The position numbers and the translations under genes were made by a program. A stretch of DNA of 64,000 nucleotides from Methanobacteriota archaeon (GTDB taxonomy: Archaea; Methanobacteriota; Methanobacteria; Methanobacteriales; Methanobacteriaceae): the NCBI GenBank assembly GCA_963787255.1, contig CAWBCJ010000018.1, forward strand, positions 64,001-128,000. The letters are read 5' to 3'. Below the pieces are notes generated by a model. It was not told the DNA's origin, did not search any database, and saw nothing but the letters and a program-made list of their open reading frames with translations. Positions 52,180 through 64,000 of the stretch are shown in pieces; position 1 is the stretch's first letter; every line of letters begins with the position of its first letter.

Positions 52180-52319
52180 TTTTTTACATTCAATATTATA
52201 TTAATTAAATCATATGCTGGAACACATAAGGTTTTTTATACCTTAATATAAACAATGAAAATAGTTTATAAATAATTCAATTTGGATAATATTTATAAGG
52301 ATGATTTGGGAGGAAAATA

Positions 52320-52748
52320 ATGATTACCCTCATTGGAAAGAAACTTGCAGAAAAGGGACTTAAGTTTATGCATTATGGACCTTCTGCAGAATGTGAATCA
52401 TGTAGATTTAAAAGTACCTGTATAGATTCATTAGAAGAAGGAAGAATGTATGTAATCACTGATGTAAAGGAAACTGAGCAATCATGCCTTATACATGAAG
52501 GGGGAAAAGTTAAAGTAGTTGAAGTTGAAAGAGCAGATATCAATGCACTTGTTGATTCTAAAAAAGCATTTGAAGGATCCATGGTTGTTTTTGAATTCCC
52601 AAAATGTGATAAAGAATGTACAATGGTAGATCTATGTTTTCCTGAAGGTTTATATGAGGGTGATAAGTGTAAAATAGCTAAAACAGTAGGAAAACCTCCT
52701 AATAAATGTATAAAAGGCTTAAATCTCTCTTTAGTTATATTAGAATGA
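52320..52748 (+). CDS. UPF0179 family Cys-rich protein
   Basis: MITLIG..LA..G..F, CESC...C, C..H. Confidence 0.85.
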   Translation: MITLIGKKLAEKGLKFMHYGPSAECESCRFKSTCIDSLEEGRMYVITDVKETEQSCLIHEGGKVKVVEVERADINALVDSKKAFEGSMVVFEFPKCDKECTMVDLCFPEGLYEGDKCKIAKTVGKPPNKCIKGLNLSLVILE

Positions 52749-52811
52749 TATTAAATTTTAATTTACATTTTAAATGCATATAATTATGTCTTAGTAAATA
52801 GAGGTTTATTT

Positions 52812-53492
52812 ATGGAACTTAAAAAAATTGCAGGATATGCTGCTGCAAAATTAATTGAAGATGGAAATGTTGTGGGACTAGGAACCGGATCTACGACTCA
52901 TTATTTAATAGAAAGGCTTGGCCAACGAATAAAAGATGAAAAAATGGATATATTAGGAATTCCCACATCTTATCAGTCCTTTTTGCTTGCTAAGGACTCT
53001 GGAATCACGATTACTACCCTTGAAGAACATTCCATTGATATTGCTATTGACGGGGCTGACGAAGTCGATAAAGATTTCAATTTAATTAAAGGAGGGGGAG
53101 CAGCCCATACGCTTGAAAAAATAGTGGACGAATCAGCTGAAAGATTTGTGGTAATTGTAGATGATTCAAAACTAGTAGATACGCTTGGAGAATTTCCTGT
53201 TCCTCTTGAAGTAATTCCACAGGCCTGCAGAACAGTTAGCGATCATATTAATGATCTTAATGGTATTCCTTTTTTGAGAATGGCTCAAAGAAAAGACGGG
53301 CCGGTTATAACAGATAATGGTAATTTCGTTATTGATGTTAAATTTGAGCACATTGATAATCCTGCAAGCTTAGAAAAAGAACTTAATACAATTCCTGGTG
53401 TCGTGGAAAATGGAATATTTGCCGGAATTGTAAATGAAGTCATTGTAGGAACACCTGAAGGTGTAAAAAACCTTAAAAAAAGTATAAATTAA
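52812..53492 (+). CDS. rpiA: Ribose-5-phosphate isomerase A
   Basis: [25 protein letters not shown]. Confidence 0.97.
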   Translation: MELKKIAGYAAAKLIEDGNVVGLGTGSTTHYLIERLGQRIKDEKMDILGIPTSYQSFLLAKDSGITITTLEEHSIDIAIDGADEVDKDFNLIKGGGAAHTLEKIVDESAERFVVIVDDSKLVDTLGEFPVPLEVIPQACRTVSDHINDLNGIPFLRMAQRKDGPVITDNGNFVIDVKFEHIDNPASLEKELNTIPGVVENGIFAGIVNEVIVGTPEGVKNLKKSIN

Positions 53493-53519
53493 AAATAAAA
53501 TTATTCTTTAAATTGTATT

Positions 53520-54911
53520 TTATTTTCCAAAGTTAAAATCAGCTATGGCTTTATCAACAACGTTTATTATCGCATTATGCAGAAGTTGATGTTCACCTTC
53601 CATTCCACCACAAACTTTAGGTATATTATCACAGTATACAACACCTAATCCCGCTTCAAGCGCATCTTTAGTTGCGACATCTACTGCAGCTGCTTTAAGC
53701 TCTGTAAGCATGATATCTGCATCATCTATATATTTTTCAATGTCTTTTTGAAGTAAAGGCCTGTTTGAAAGATGAGAAGTAGTACCAACTACTTTACAAC
53801 CATAGTTTGCCTCAAGATAATTTACCAGCACCTCTTTTATTGAATCTGGAGCGGTTGTAGCAAAGAGAACATTTTTATTTTCTATATTTTCTAAAGGTTT
53901 TGGCCTAAAAACAGTAGATATAACTTCTGCTTCAGGATTAGCTTTCTTAATAAATTCTACAATTTTTTTAACTTTTCCAGAACTGGCCATTGGTTCTTCA
54001 CACATTGTAAGGATCACTAGATCTGCTAATTTAATTCTAAATGGTCCAAAAAATCTTTCTAAATTAATTAAGGGCTGATTAGCACCGACTAAAACTATAT
54101 GTCGATTGGTTTTAATTGGAGGTATAGCAGCACCACTTCCTTCCATTATTACAAAATCAGAATCTACTTCGTTTGCAAGCTCTGCACCTTTTTTCATATT
54201 TGTTAGGAAAACATCTCCAACCATTCCACCGCCGCATCTTCTACATCCAATGGTTAAAACACGGCTCATTAGAGCATCTTCCCAGTGATCAGAAGCTGCA
54301 TGCACTCCTTTATTTGATTGTTCCATTAAATATTCTGCAGTTATTTTTATCTCATCTCCACGAACTATTTCTGGTTTTTCTGGCCCTCCCCTACCCATGG
54401 CCACGATACAGGGGTTATATTCTCTGTTATGGATTAATCTTGCTGCAAATGCAGATACTGCAGTTTTTCCAATCCGTTTTCCTGTACCTAATATTTTTAG
54501 TGAAGGCTTTTTTAAAACTTCATGTTCTGTTAGGGGATCAAACTTAAAATCAGGTCCTTCATATGGAACTCCCTTTCCAAGAGCGATTGTGGCGATTTTA
54601 AACCTTTTAGAATAATCGACTATGGGTTCATCGCTTAAATCCATTACAACATCACCGTCATATTTTTCAATCATTTCGCCTATGAGTTCATATGGAATTT
54701 TGTGATGATCTTCACCAAAATGTACGGGACGTTCCATTTTTTCTGAAATTGATTCTTCTGATACTTCTCTTAATTTCTCTGTTCCACCTATAAAAACAAC
54801 TGCAACAACTTCATTGTGTTCCATACTATCAAGTAAGTCTAATGCAGACTTGGTAACTGGTAAATAGTGTTCTCCATCTACTAAACAGATCATTTTCCTC
54901 ATACTTTTCAT
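53520..54911 (-). CDS. cpgS: Cyclic 2,3-diphosphoglycerate synthetase
   Basis: [43 protein letters not shown]. Confidence 0.93.
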   Translation of the reverse strand: MKSMRKMICLVDGEHYLPVTKSALDLLDSMEHNEVVAVVFIGGTEKLREVSEESISEKMERPVHFGEDHHKIPYELIGEMIEKYDGDVVMDLSDEPIVDYSKRFKIATIALGKGVPYEGPDFKFDPLTEHEVLKKPSLKILGTGKRIGKTAVSAFAARLIHNREYNPCIVAMGRGGPEKPEIVRGDEIKITAEYLMEQSNKGVHAASDHWEDALMSRVLTIGCRRCGGGMVGDVFLTNMKKGAELANEVDSDFVIMEGSGAAIPPIKTNRHIVLVGANQPLINLERFFGPFRIKLADLVILTMCEEPMASSGKVKKIVEFIKKANPEAEVISTVFRPKPLENIENKNVLFATTAPDSIKEVLVNYLEANYGCKVVGTTSHLSNRPLLQKDIEKYIDDADIMLTELKAAAVDVATKDALEAGLGVVYCDNIPKVCGGMEGEHQLLHNAIINVVDKAIADFNFGK

Positions 54912-54989
54912 TATTATCCCTGCCTTAATAAAATATAAAAGTATATGGGAATTAAGAAGTTAATATATTTTTATTTTAAAAGTATAAAA

Positions 54990-55325
54990 TTAGATGATTT
55001 CTAGATTTTTATTTTTTTCATATTTAAGGGTATTATCTTCATGCATGCGTATTAATTCTTTTTTTGATCTCTTAGCAAGTTCAGATAGTCCGTTTGAAAC
55101 GTTGGTTGGTGCAGATCCGTTATTTTTTGCAACCAATTCAGAAATTGATTCAGATAAAACAAAAATAGCGTATTTATGTTCGGCTTTAGTTCTGTGGATG
55201 TGATGTGGACTTATATTAAGGCGGAAATATTCCTCACATTCATCTTTAACTTCGTATCCATCTTCTAAATATTTTAAAACATATACCAAAAACTGATGTA
55301 ATTGTATAAGCTCATCTTTATACAT
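54990..55325 (-). CDS. UPF0058 family protein
   Basis: MYKDELIQLHQ, ISPHHIHRTKAEHKYAIF. Confidence 0.88.
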   Translation of the reverse strand: MYKDELIQLHQFLVYVLKYLEDGYEVKDECEEYFRLNISPHHIHRTKAEHKYAIFVLSESISELVAKNNGSAPTNVSNGLSELAKRSKKELIRMHEDNTLKYEKNKNLEII

Positions 55326-55602
55326 ATTTACCGAGCCCCTCCATTTATATTTTGAAATTTATTTGCATGTATATATATATGTTGTGATGCACTACACAAA
55401 GCACCGAAAAAAAAGAACAACGGTGGGCTTATTTAATTTACTTTCAAGTCTGTTTATTATTTTTTATTTTTATATAGGATATAGTTTTGGTTGATTAAAG
55501 CAATAATATATAACACTATTTATAATGATAGTTAATAATAGATATATTCATTTTTTTTCAGTAAATATTTAAATTCTATTCAACAATTAAGTTTGTGGTA
55601 CA

Positions 55603-56880
55603 ATGGAAATAGTGAAACTTGGAAGCAATGAGAGGAATAAACTCTTAGAACGCTCAAAAATCGATGATGAAGGTATAATAAACGTTGTAACTAATATAGT
55701 TAACAATATAAAACAAGATGGTGATACATCACTTAAAATTTATACCAAAAAATTCGACAATGTTAAAATTGAAAAATTTAAAGTCAGTCAAGAGGAAATA
55801 AAAAGAAGTTACAGTAATGCAGATAAAAAAGTGATCGATGCACTCAAAAAAGCAGCAAAAAACATTGAAAAGTTTCATAAAGCCCAAATTCCAGAAGAAT
55901 GGTTTAAAGAAATTGATAATGGAATTAATGCCGGTCAGATCATTCGCCCAATTGAAATAATAGGCTGTTACATACCGGGAGGACGTGCAGTTTATCCTTC
56001 CTCAGTTTTAATGACAATAATACCTGCAAAAATCGCAGGAGTAAGAAAAATTATCTGCTGTACACCGCCAATGCCAGACGGTAGCGTAAACAATATGGTG
56101 CTTGCAGCAGCAGATATTGCTGGAGCAGATGAAATATACAAAGTTGGAGGCGCTCAAGCAATCGCAGCAATGGCATTTGGAACTGAAAGCATCCCCAAAG
56201 TCGATAAAATCGTAGGGCCAGGAAATATATTTGTTACAACCGCCAAAAAGTTAGTTTATGGAGATGTAGATATAGATTTCCCTGCAGGACCATCAGAAGT
56301 ACTTATAATAGCAGATAGTACTGGTAATGCTGAGTACATTGCTTTTGATATGCTAGCACAAGCAGAGCACGATCCAGATGCAGCATCAGTACTTATTACC
56401 AATTCAAGTGACCTAGCTCACAAAGTAAATGAAATCATTTTAGGAAATATTAAATATATGCAAAGAAGTAAAATAATAGAAGAATCCCTTAAAAAATATG
56501 GTAAAATAATTATTACTGATTCTATTGATGATGCTGTGGAATTTGCAAATGATTACGCTCCAGAACACCTCATAATCATGACAGAACATCCTGAAAATGT
56601 TCTGGAAAACATCAATAATGCAGGTTCTATATTTTTAGGTGAATTAACACCTGTTGCTGCAGGAGACTACGGTTCAGGAACCAATCACGTCCTTCCAACT
56701 TCAAAAAATGCTCGAATGTACTCAGGACTTTCAACAGAGTCTTTTATAAAGAAACCAACAGTACAAAAGCTTTCTAAAGAAGGTATCCAAAATTTAAAGG
56801 ACATTGTAATAACTCTTGCAGAATATGAAGGGCTATACGCTCACGCAGAATCGTTTAAAAAGAGAATATCAAAAGATTAA
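55603..56880 (+). CDS. hisD: Histidinol dehydrogenase
   Basis: [31 protein letters not shown]. Confidence 0.97.
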   Translation: MEIVKLGSNERNKLLERSKIDDEGIINVVTNIVNNIKQDGDTSLKIYTKKFDNVKIEKFKVSQEEIKRSYSNADKKVIDALKKAAKNIEKFHKAQIPEEWFKEIDNGINAGQIIRPIEIIGCYIPGGRAVYPSSVLMTIIPAKIAGVRKIICCTPPMPDGSVNNMVLAAADIAGADEIYKVGGAQAIAAMAFGTESIPKVDKIVGPGNIFVTTAKKLVYGDVDIDFPAGPSEVLIIADSTGNAEYIAFDMLAQAEHDPDAASVLITNSSDLAHKVNEIILGNIKYMQRSKIIEESLKKYGKIIITDSIDDAVEFANDYAPEHLIIMTEHPENVLENINNAGSIFLGELTPVAAGDYGSGTNHVLPTSKNARMYSGLSTESFIKKPTVQKLSKEGIQNLKDIVITLAEYEGLYAHAESFKKRISKD

Positions 56881-56912
56881 TGTTTAAAATTTATATTTTA
56901 GAGGTGAATTAA

Positions 56913-58232
56913 TTGACAGATTCATTAGGAAATTGGAGAAGAACTCATTACTCAAAGAGAATAGATCCGGAATTAAGTGGAGAAGAAATTACAGTTATGG
57001 GTTGGATTCATGAATTAAGAGATCTTGGAGGAATTATATTTGTCCTTTTAAGAGACAGAGATGGAACAATCCAGGTTACAGCCCCAAGCAAGAAAATATC
57101 AAAGGAATTACTTGAACAAATAAGAAAATTAAGGAAAGAATCAGTAATTGCAGTTAAAGGAATAGTACAGGAGTCACCAAAAGCTCCCGGCGGATACGAA
57201 ATTATCCCAAACGAACTAAAATTACTTAATGAATCTAAATTACCACTTCCACTGGACACAACAGAAAAAGTAAGGGCAGAAATCGATACACGTTTAGATG
57301 CTAGATATTTAGACCTAAGAAAACCCTCAATAAATGCTATATTCAAAATAAGAAGCAGAATGCTCCATTCTGTAAGATTATTCCTTGAAGAAGGGGAATT
57401 TATTGAGATAAACACCCCAAAACTTGTTGGATCAGCTACTGAAGGTGGAACCGAACTTTTCCCTATTACATACTTTGAAAGAGAAGCTTTCCTTGGACAA
57501 AGTCCTCAACTGTACAAACAGATGATGATGGCCACAGGATTTGACAAAGTTTACGAAATAGCCCCAATATTTAGGGCAGAGGAACACGATACACTCAGAC
57601 ACTTAAATGAAGTTATTTCCATCGATATGGAAGCATCATTCTGTGACCAGGAAGATGTAATGAAAATACTCGAAGGAATGGTACATACTGTTCTTGGAGA
57701 CGTTGCTAAACAATGTGAAGACGAATTAAATCTTTTAGGAATTGATTTAGAAATTCCGGATATTCCTTTTGATCGGATAGACTATGACGACGTTGTTGAC
57801 ATAGTAAATTCTAAAGGAGTGAATATGAGGCACGGTGAAGACCTATCCAGAGCTGCTGAAAAAGCAATCGGCAAACACATGGATAATTATTATTTCATAA
57901 CAGGCTGGCCTACTGATATTAAGCCTTTTTACGTAATGCCTAGCGAAGAAGACCCTGCAAAGAGCTGTGCTTTTGATTTGATGTATAAAGACCTTGAAAT
58001 ATCTTCAGGAGCTCAAAGGTTACATAAACACGATCTTCTTGTTGAAAGAATCAAAAAACAAGGCCTAAATCCTAATTCATTTGAAAAATATCTTGCAGCA
58101 TTTGAATATGGTATGCCTCCACATGCAGGTTGGGGATTAGGTGCTGATAGGTTTAACATGTGTATTACAGGTCTTAAAAATATTAGAGAAACTGTGTTAT
58201 TCCCAAGAGATAGAAGAAGGGTCACCCCATAA
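56913..58232 (+). CDS. aspS: Aspartate-tRNA ligase, likely non-discriminating (Asp/Asn)
   Basis: [23 protein letters not shown]; His in GWIHE and Pro in KAPGG fit ND-AspRS. Confidence 0.95.
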   Translation: MTDSLGNWRRTHYSKRIDPELSGEEITVMGWIHELRDLGGIIFVLLRDRDGTIQVTAPSKKISKELLEQIRKLRKESVIAVKGIVQESPKAPGGYEIIPNELKLLNESKLPLPLDTTEKVRAEIDTRLDARYLDLRKPSINAIFKIRSRMLHSVRLFLEEGEFIEINTPKLVGSATEGGTELFPITYFEREAFLGQSPQLYKQMMMATGFDKVYEIAPIFRAEEHDTLRHLNEVISIDMEASFCDQEDVMKILEGMVHTVLGDVAKQCEDELNLLGIDLEIPDIPFDRIDYDDVVDIVNSKGVNMRHGEDLSRAAEKAIGKHMDNYYFITGWPTDIKPFYVMPSEEDPAKSCAFDLMYKDLEISSGAQRLHKHDLLVERIKKQGLNPNSFEKYLAAFEYGMPPHAGWGLGADRFNMCITGLKNIRETVLFPRDRRRVTP

Positions 58233-58293
58233 TCAAACCACTTAATAAAAGGTCTGATCCAAATTCTTTTTTTTATTAAATCCCTTTTTCTAT

Positions 58294-58671
58294 TCATTTA
58301 TTAATTTTATTAGAAATATAGCCGCCAATAGCTCCTAAAATAAATCCACCACCGCTAATAGAAATAGCTACGGCTATAAACCCAAAAATTGTTAAATTTT
58401 TAAAACCAATAGGAGTATCTGACAATAAAAAAGCAAAAATTAACATTATAAAGCTTGAAATTATTCCACTTACTCCACCAATTAAAATAAATTCTTCTTT
58501 AACCTCAGAAACATATATTGCAATAAATCCGGCTATAATATTAGATAAAAGAATTCCAAAACCTGAAAGGTTTAAAAAAGAAGCAAAAATGGAGAAAAAT
58601 CCTCCTGCAATACTCCCTATTAAAATAGAAGGAAAATCAAACTTAGTCATGGATATACTTATTAGTGACAA
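58294..58671 (-). CDS. Gly-rich small membrane protein (DUF5518-like)
   Basis: Four TMs with GxxxG motifs, C-terminal LGAIGGYI. Confidence 0.7.
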   Translation of the reverse strand: MSLISISMTKFDFPSILIGSIAGGFFSIFASFLNLSGFGILLSNIIAGFIAIYVSEVKEEFILIGGVSGIISSFIMLIFAFLLSDTPIGFKNLTIFGFIAVAISISGGGFILGAIGGYISNKINK

Positions 58672-58763
58672 TAAATAAATTTTTGACTTAAGTATAAATT
58701 AATTGAGCTTAATTTTTTTAAATATATTAATAAAAGATATTTTTAACGGATTCGGAAGATTTT

Positions 58764-60014
58764 ATGAGACTTTATGACATAGTAGTAGTTGGTGCAGGAC
58801 CGGCAGGAATGATAGCTGCAATTAGAGCAGGGCAGCTTGGAAAAGACGTTATTTTAATAGAAAGAAACGAGACACTAGGCAAAAAACTTAAAATTACCGG
58901 CAGTAGCAGGTGCAATATCACTAACACTGCTCCTTTAGACTTATTCGTGGAAAAATTTGGCGAAAAAGGCGCTTTTTTAAGATCAGCATTTACTAAATTT
59001 TCAAATAGGCGATTGATGTCGTTTTTTAACTCTAAAGGATTAAAATTCAATATAGAAGAAAATGGCAGGGTTTTCCCAATTTCAAACAAATCTACATCTA
59101 TTATAAAAGTTTTAAAAGAGTATCTATCTGAAAATAAGGTGAAAAAGAATTACAATACTCGATTAATGAAAATTAAAATTAAAAAAGATTATTTTACACT
59201 GGATTTGGGAAATGATAATCATATGGCTGCAAAAAAGGTTATATTAGCTACAGGGGGCGTATCATATCCACCTACAGGTTCTACTGGCGATGGACTGGAC
59301 ATAGCTGAAAAATTAGGCCATAAAATTACTCCATTAAAGCCCGGACTGGTACCTTTAAAAACTGATGAAGAATGGGTAAAGGAACTGCAAGGAATAAGCC
59401 TTGAAAATGTAATTCTTACCTTCAAATATGGAAAAAGAAAGATAGTTTCAGATACGGGGAATATAATTTTTACTCACTTTGGGATTTCAGGCCCTCTAAT
59501 ACTTGATTTAAGCAGTAAAATAGTTCCACTTTTTGAAAAAAATGAGAAAATTGATCTTTTTATAGATTTAAAACCAGAATTAATAGCTTCAGAGCTTGAA
59601 GAGATGCTAATTAAAGAATTTGAGGCAAGGAGTAAAACTGAATTTAAAAATTTCATGAAACTTTTAATTCCCAATCGAATGATTCCTGTCTTTATCGAAC
59701 TTTTAGAAATTAATCCCAAGAAAAAGGTTAATCAGGTAAACCGTAAAGAAAGAATATCAATTGCAAATCTTCTGAAAGCTTTTCCATTAACATTAACAGG
59801 CTTTCAATCCATTGATAAAGCAATGATTACGTGTGGAGGTATTTCAAAAAAGGATATTAATCCAGAGACAATGGAATCAAAAATAGTAGCTGGAATTTAT
59901 TTTGCAGGGGAAATTATAGACTTATGCGCACCAAGTGGAGGCTATAATTTACAAGAGGCATTTTCAACGGGTTATCTTGCAGGGGAATCTGCTGCAGAAA
60001 GTATAGTCAATTAA
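58764..60014 (+). CDS. HI0933/BaiN family flavoprotein
   Basis: GAGPAG, RCNITN, TGSTGDG, FTHFGISGP, GGYNLQEAFSTG. Confidence 0.93.
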   Translation: MRLYDIVVVGAGPAGMIAAIRAGQLGKDVILIERNETLGKKLKITGSSRCNITNTAPLDLFVEKFGEKGAFLRSAFTKFSNRRLMSFFNSKGLKFNIEENGRVFPISNKSTSIIKVLKEYLSENKVKKNYNTRLMKIKIKKDYFTLDLGNDNHMAAKKVILATGGVSYPPTGSTGDGLDIAEKLGHKITPLKPGLVPLKTDEEWVKELQGISLENVILTFKYGKRKIVSDTGNIIFTHFGISGPLILDLSSKIVPLFEKNEKIDLFIDLKPELIASELEEMLIKEFEARSKTEFKNFMKLLIPNRMIPVFIELLEINPKKKVNQVNRKERISIANLLKAFPLTLTGFQSIDKAMITCGGISKKDINPETMESKIVAGIYFAGEIIDLCAPSGGYNLQEAFSTGYLAGESAAESIVN

Positions 60015-60032
60015 AAAGAATAAAAAAGTTGT

Positions 60033-60246
60033 TTATTTTCTCTTTTCAATTTTTAAAACAACAACATCACCTAGTTTATCAACTTCATCAATTGAAACTC
60101 TAAAATTAGAGCCTAAAATTCCGGATGAAATATAAATTCCATCAATATTCCATTATTCGAGGTCTAATTCAAAATCATGGACTTTTCCTATTTCAAATGC
60201 ATTTTTATCAATTACTTTTTTTCCTAAAAATCTCTGATGCTTTCAT
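60033..60246 (-). pseudogene. PRC-barrel protein pseudogene
   Basis: MKASE/FLGKKVIDKNAFEIGKVHDFELDLE*WNIDGIYI...VDKLGDVVVLK; one frameshift and one TAA. Confidence 0.8.
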
Positions 60247-60434
60247 AAAAACTTATCTTCCTCTACTATCTAATAATATTTTGAAGTAGCTATTTTCTGG
60301 TTAATTATGGATGATTAATACCATTTTAACATTTGAATTTCAAAAAGAAATAATTTATCAAAATAATAATCAAAAATTTTTTAATTAAGTAGGATAAATT
60401 CATATTAGTTTAAAAAAAATGCTAGAAGGATTTT

Positions 60435-61556
60435 ATGCTATGCCTGGGTAAAAGAATTTTAATTGTTGAAGACGAAGCAATTACTGCAATGGATTTAAAA
60501 AATACTTTGGAAATGCTTGATTTTAAAGTGGTTTCAACAGCATCTAGAGGAAATGAAGCTATTCGAAAAACAGATGAAACTAATCCCGATTTAATTTTAA
60601 TGGATATTGTACTTAAAGGGGAAATCGACGGTATAACAACCGCCGAAATAATTAAGGAACAATTTAACATTCCTGTAATCTATTTAACGGCCCATTCTGA
60701 TGAAAAGACTTTTCAAAGGGCTAAATTAACAGAACCATATGGATTTATTATTAAACCAATTAGTCATGATGGATTAAAAAGTACAATAGAAACGGCGCTT
60801 TATAAGCACGCACTTGATAAAAAATTAAAAGAAAGGGAAAAAAAGTTTCAATTACTTTACCAGGATGCACCATTACCTTATCAATCTTTAAATGAATCTG
60901 GGCACATTATTGAAGTTAATCAAGCATGGCTTGATTCTCTTGGCTATTCTCATGAAGAAGTTATTGGAAAATGCTTTGGTGACTTTTTAAAAACTCCAAT
61001 GAATAAATTCATGGAAAATTTTACCAAATTTAAAGCTGAAGGAGAAATATCCAATATAGAATTTCAAATGAAACGCAAAGATGGATCTTTTATTACTGCA
61101 GAAGTTAATGGTAGAATAAGTTATGATGAAAATGGAAATTTCCAGAGAACCCATTGCATATTTCAAGATATTTCAAGACGTAAAAAAATGGCAGATATGC
61201 TACAATTTCAGGCAGACATTTTAAAGAACATTAAAGATTGTATTATAGTATATGATCTTCAAGGAAAAGTCATTTATTGGAATGATGGGGCTGAATCTGT
61301 CTATGGATATTCTAAAGAAGAAATAATGGGTCAAATTATTGAAATACTTTATCCAATTAAGAACAAAGATAAATTAAAGCGTGATATTAATTTAACCATG
61401 GAATTGGGAGAATACATTGGTGAATGGGAAGGAAAAAGAAAAGATGGCTCTAAAATAGCAGTAAATATTAGAGAAGCGTTAATGCACGATGCAAATGGAG
61501 AAATTATTGGAATTATAGGAATATCTCCTCGTATTGTGGATAATGAAAGAATATAA
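60435..61556 (+). CDS. Response regulator receiver with two PAS domains
   Basis: ILIVEDE, LILMDI, YLTA, IIKP; two PAS/PAC repeats; no kinase domain. Confidence 0.92.
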   Translation: MLCLGKRILIVEDEAITAMDLKNTLEMLDFKVVSTASRGNEAIRKTDETNPDLILMDIVLKGEIDGITTAEIIKEQFNIPVIYLTAHSDEKTFQRAKLTEPYGFIIKPISHDGLKSTIETALYKHALDKKLKEREKKFQLLYQDAPLPYQSLNESGHIIEVNQAWLDSLGYSHEEVIGKCFGDFLKTPMNKFMENFTKFKAEGEISNIEFQMKRKDGSFITAEVNGRISYDENGNFQRTHCIFQDISRRKKMADMLQFQADILKNIKDCIIVYDLQGKVIYWNDGAESVYGYSKEEIMGQIIEILYPIKNKDKLKRDINLTMELGEYIGEWEGKRKDGSKIAVNIREALMHDANGEIIGIIGISPRIVDNERI

Positions 61557-61782
61557 CTGATTAAATATGCTCCTAATTAGCAAAATATATTTAACGAATA
61601 TAAATTTAATTTATGTGAATTATTACATTTTCACCATTTTTTTTAAGCAGATTTTTATAATATAGTAGTTTTTAATCATTATTTTTGCAAGTAAAATGAG
61701 AAACTCCAAATATTAGTTAAATTAAAAATTGTAATGATGATAAGAAGATATTGATAAAATAGATAAAAAATAAGGGAATTTT

Positions 61783-62313
<531 letters not shown>

Positions 62314-62324
62314 GAGGGTATCCA

Positions 62325-63119
62325 ATGATTGGTAAAAAGATTAGAATTGAAAGAATAATAAACAGAAAGACAGGAAGAGCCGTAATTGTTCCTGTAGATC
62401 ACGGCATTTCAATTGGACCAGTTGCAGGAATAACCAATATGTGTGAAACAATAGATGAAGTCGCAAGCGGTGGAGCAAATGCAGTTATAATGCATAAAGG
62501 AATGGTAGATAACGGTCACAGAGGTTATGGGACGGATATTGGGCTTATTATTCATTTATCCGCAAGTACATCTTTAGGACCTGACCCTGACCATAAAGTA
62601 CTGGTTACATCAGTAGAAAAAGCAGTAAAAATTGGTGCTGATGCTGTATCTGTCCATGTAAATGTAGGTTCTGATATGGAGCCAAAAATGCTGGAAACAC
62701 TGGGAATAACCTCAGAATTATGCGACGAATGGGGAATGCCACTAATTGCTATGATGTATCCAAGAGGCGAGAGAATTCAAGATGAACACGACGTGGATGT
62801 TGTAAAACTTGCTGCAAGAGCAGGAGCAGAACTTGGAGCAGATATTATAAAAACAAACTACACCGGAGACCCCGAAACCTTTGGAGAAGTTGTAAACGGC
62901 TGTCCTGTACCTGTAGTTATTGCAGGAGGTCCTAAAGTGGAAACCAACGAAGAATTACTTCAAATGGTTAAAAATGCAGTAAATGTAGGTGGAGCGGGCG
63001 TTGCAATTGGAAGAAATGTTTTCCAGGCCGAATCACCAAGAAAAACTACACGTGCAATTGCAGAAATTGTACACAACAATATGGACGTTAAAGAAGCCCT
63101 TAAAATAATAGAAGACTAA
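62325..63119 (+). CDS. aroA': 2-amino-3,7-dideoxy-D-threo-hept-6-ulosonate synthase
   Basis: Class I aldolase motifs (DHG, MMYPRG, GADIIKT, GRNVFQ); directly upstream of aroB'. Confidence 0.9.
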   Translation: MIGKKIRIERIINRKTGRAVIVPVDHGISIGPVAGITNMCETIDEVASGGANAVIMHKGMVDNGHRGYGTDIGLIIHLSASTSLGPDPDHKVLVTSVEKAVKIGADAVSVHVNVGSDMEPKMLETLGITSELCDEWGMPLIAMMYPRGERIQDEHDVDVVKLAARAGAELGADIIKTNYTGDPETFGEVVNGCPVPVVIAGGPKVETNEELLQMVKNAVNVGGAGVAIGRNVFQAESPRKTTRAIAEIVHNNMDVKEALKIIED

Positions 63120-63179
63120 AAAATAGCTTAAATAATTTACATTAAACAAATTTTTGCAAAGAATTAGAAGGTTTTACAC

Positions 63180-64000
63180 ATGAAATTTGCATGGATCATG
63201 GCAGAAGGCACATCTTGGGATGAAAAAAAGGGTATCATCACTACAGCACTTGAATCAGGGATTGACACCGTAGTAGATTTTAAAAACGTTCCTGAAATAA
63301 AAAAACTGGGTAACATTAGGATAATTTCCGATAGCGATGATGCAGATATTGTACTGGTAGGCAAAAACGGTGAAGGCGATGGAACACTGAAAATTCCCGA
63401 TGATTTATCCGAATCAAAAGATTTAGCAGCTGTAAACGGATTTAAAAGGAAAGGGAAAACAGTAGCATCCTACATTGAAATAAAAAGCAAGAAACACGAA
63501 GAACTGGCTACTGAAATCGGTAGAATTGCAGATTATGTGATCCTAGTTGGAAGTGACTGGAAGATCATTCCATTAGAAAATATCATAGCAGACCTTCAAA
63601 AGGAAGATGTTAAATTAGTAGCAGCTGTGCCAGATTACGAAGAAGCAAAACTTGCACTTGAAACATTGGAGCATGGTACAGATGGTATACTACTGTATAC
63701 TTCAGATATTAATCAAATTAAAAAAGTTTCTGCCTTAATGGAGAAAATAGAGTCCGAAAGCTATGATCTTAAACCTGCAATAGTGACTAATATCAAGCCT
63801 GTTGGATCTGGAGATCGAGTCTGCATAGACACTTGTTCAATGATGAAAGTAGGTGAAGGAATGCTCATAGGATCTTACTCTAAAGGGTTGTTCCTTGTAC
63901 ACAGCGAATCCCTAGAAAGTGAATATGTAGCTTCAAGACCGTTCAGGGTTAATGCTGGACCTGTCCATGCATATGTAATGACTCCAAATAATAAAACTAA
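63180..64000 (+). CDS. aroB': 3-dehydroquinate synthase II (runs off the window)
   Basis: MKFAW..., DWKIIPLEN, GDRVCIDTCS, RPFRVNAGPVHAY. Confidence 0.93.
   Translation, partial: MKFAWIMAEGTSWDEKKGIITTALESGIDTVVDFKNVPEIKKLGNIRIISDSDDADIVLVGKNGEGDGTLKIPDDLSESKDLAAVNGFKRKGKTVASYIEIKSKKHEELATEIGRIADYVILVGSDWKIIPLENIIADLQKEDVKLVAAVPDYEEAKLALETLEHGTDGILLYTSDINQIKKVSALMEKIESESYDLKPAIVTNIKPVGSGDRVCIDTCSMMKVGEGMLIGSYSKGLFLVHSESLESEYVASRPFRVNAGPVHAYVMTPNNKT

Overview
AT-rich chromosome segment from a methanogenic archaeon, most likely Methanobacterium (Methanobacteriales). The assignment rests on TBP, Alba, CDC48, pelota, FEN1, EgsA, AksA/AksD, CofC, an AtwA-like ATPase, CpgS, AroA'/AroB', a pseudomurein-binding repeat protein and an MraY-like protein. 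Most of the window is intact housekeeping genes, plus an oxidative-stress cluster (three rubredoxins missed by the ORF track, FprA, ferritin, peroxiredoxin, SOD). No rRNA, tRNA, CRISPR array or transposase was seen. Main observations: (1) a family of short modular hairpin repeats, one of which cleanly interrupts a TPR remnant with a 4-bp direct repeat, one of which is nested, and one of which supplies the ThiD C-terminus; (2) a TyrA carrying Sm-like and PheRS-type anticodon-binding-like C-terminal domains; (3) a full-length tyrosine recombinase with degenerate catalytic motifs downstream of a PAS gene; (4) a decay zone at about 17.2-21.3 kb containing a bacterial-type RNase III pseudogene; (5) a secreted peptidase that appears to start at ATA; (6) charge-divergent rubredoxin paralogues; (7) a surface protein with thioester-domain-like motifs. 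All calls come from reading motifs by eye; no database searches were run.
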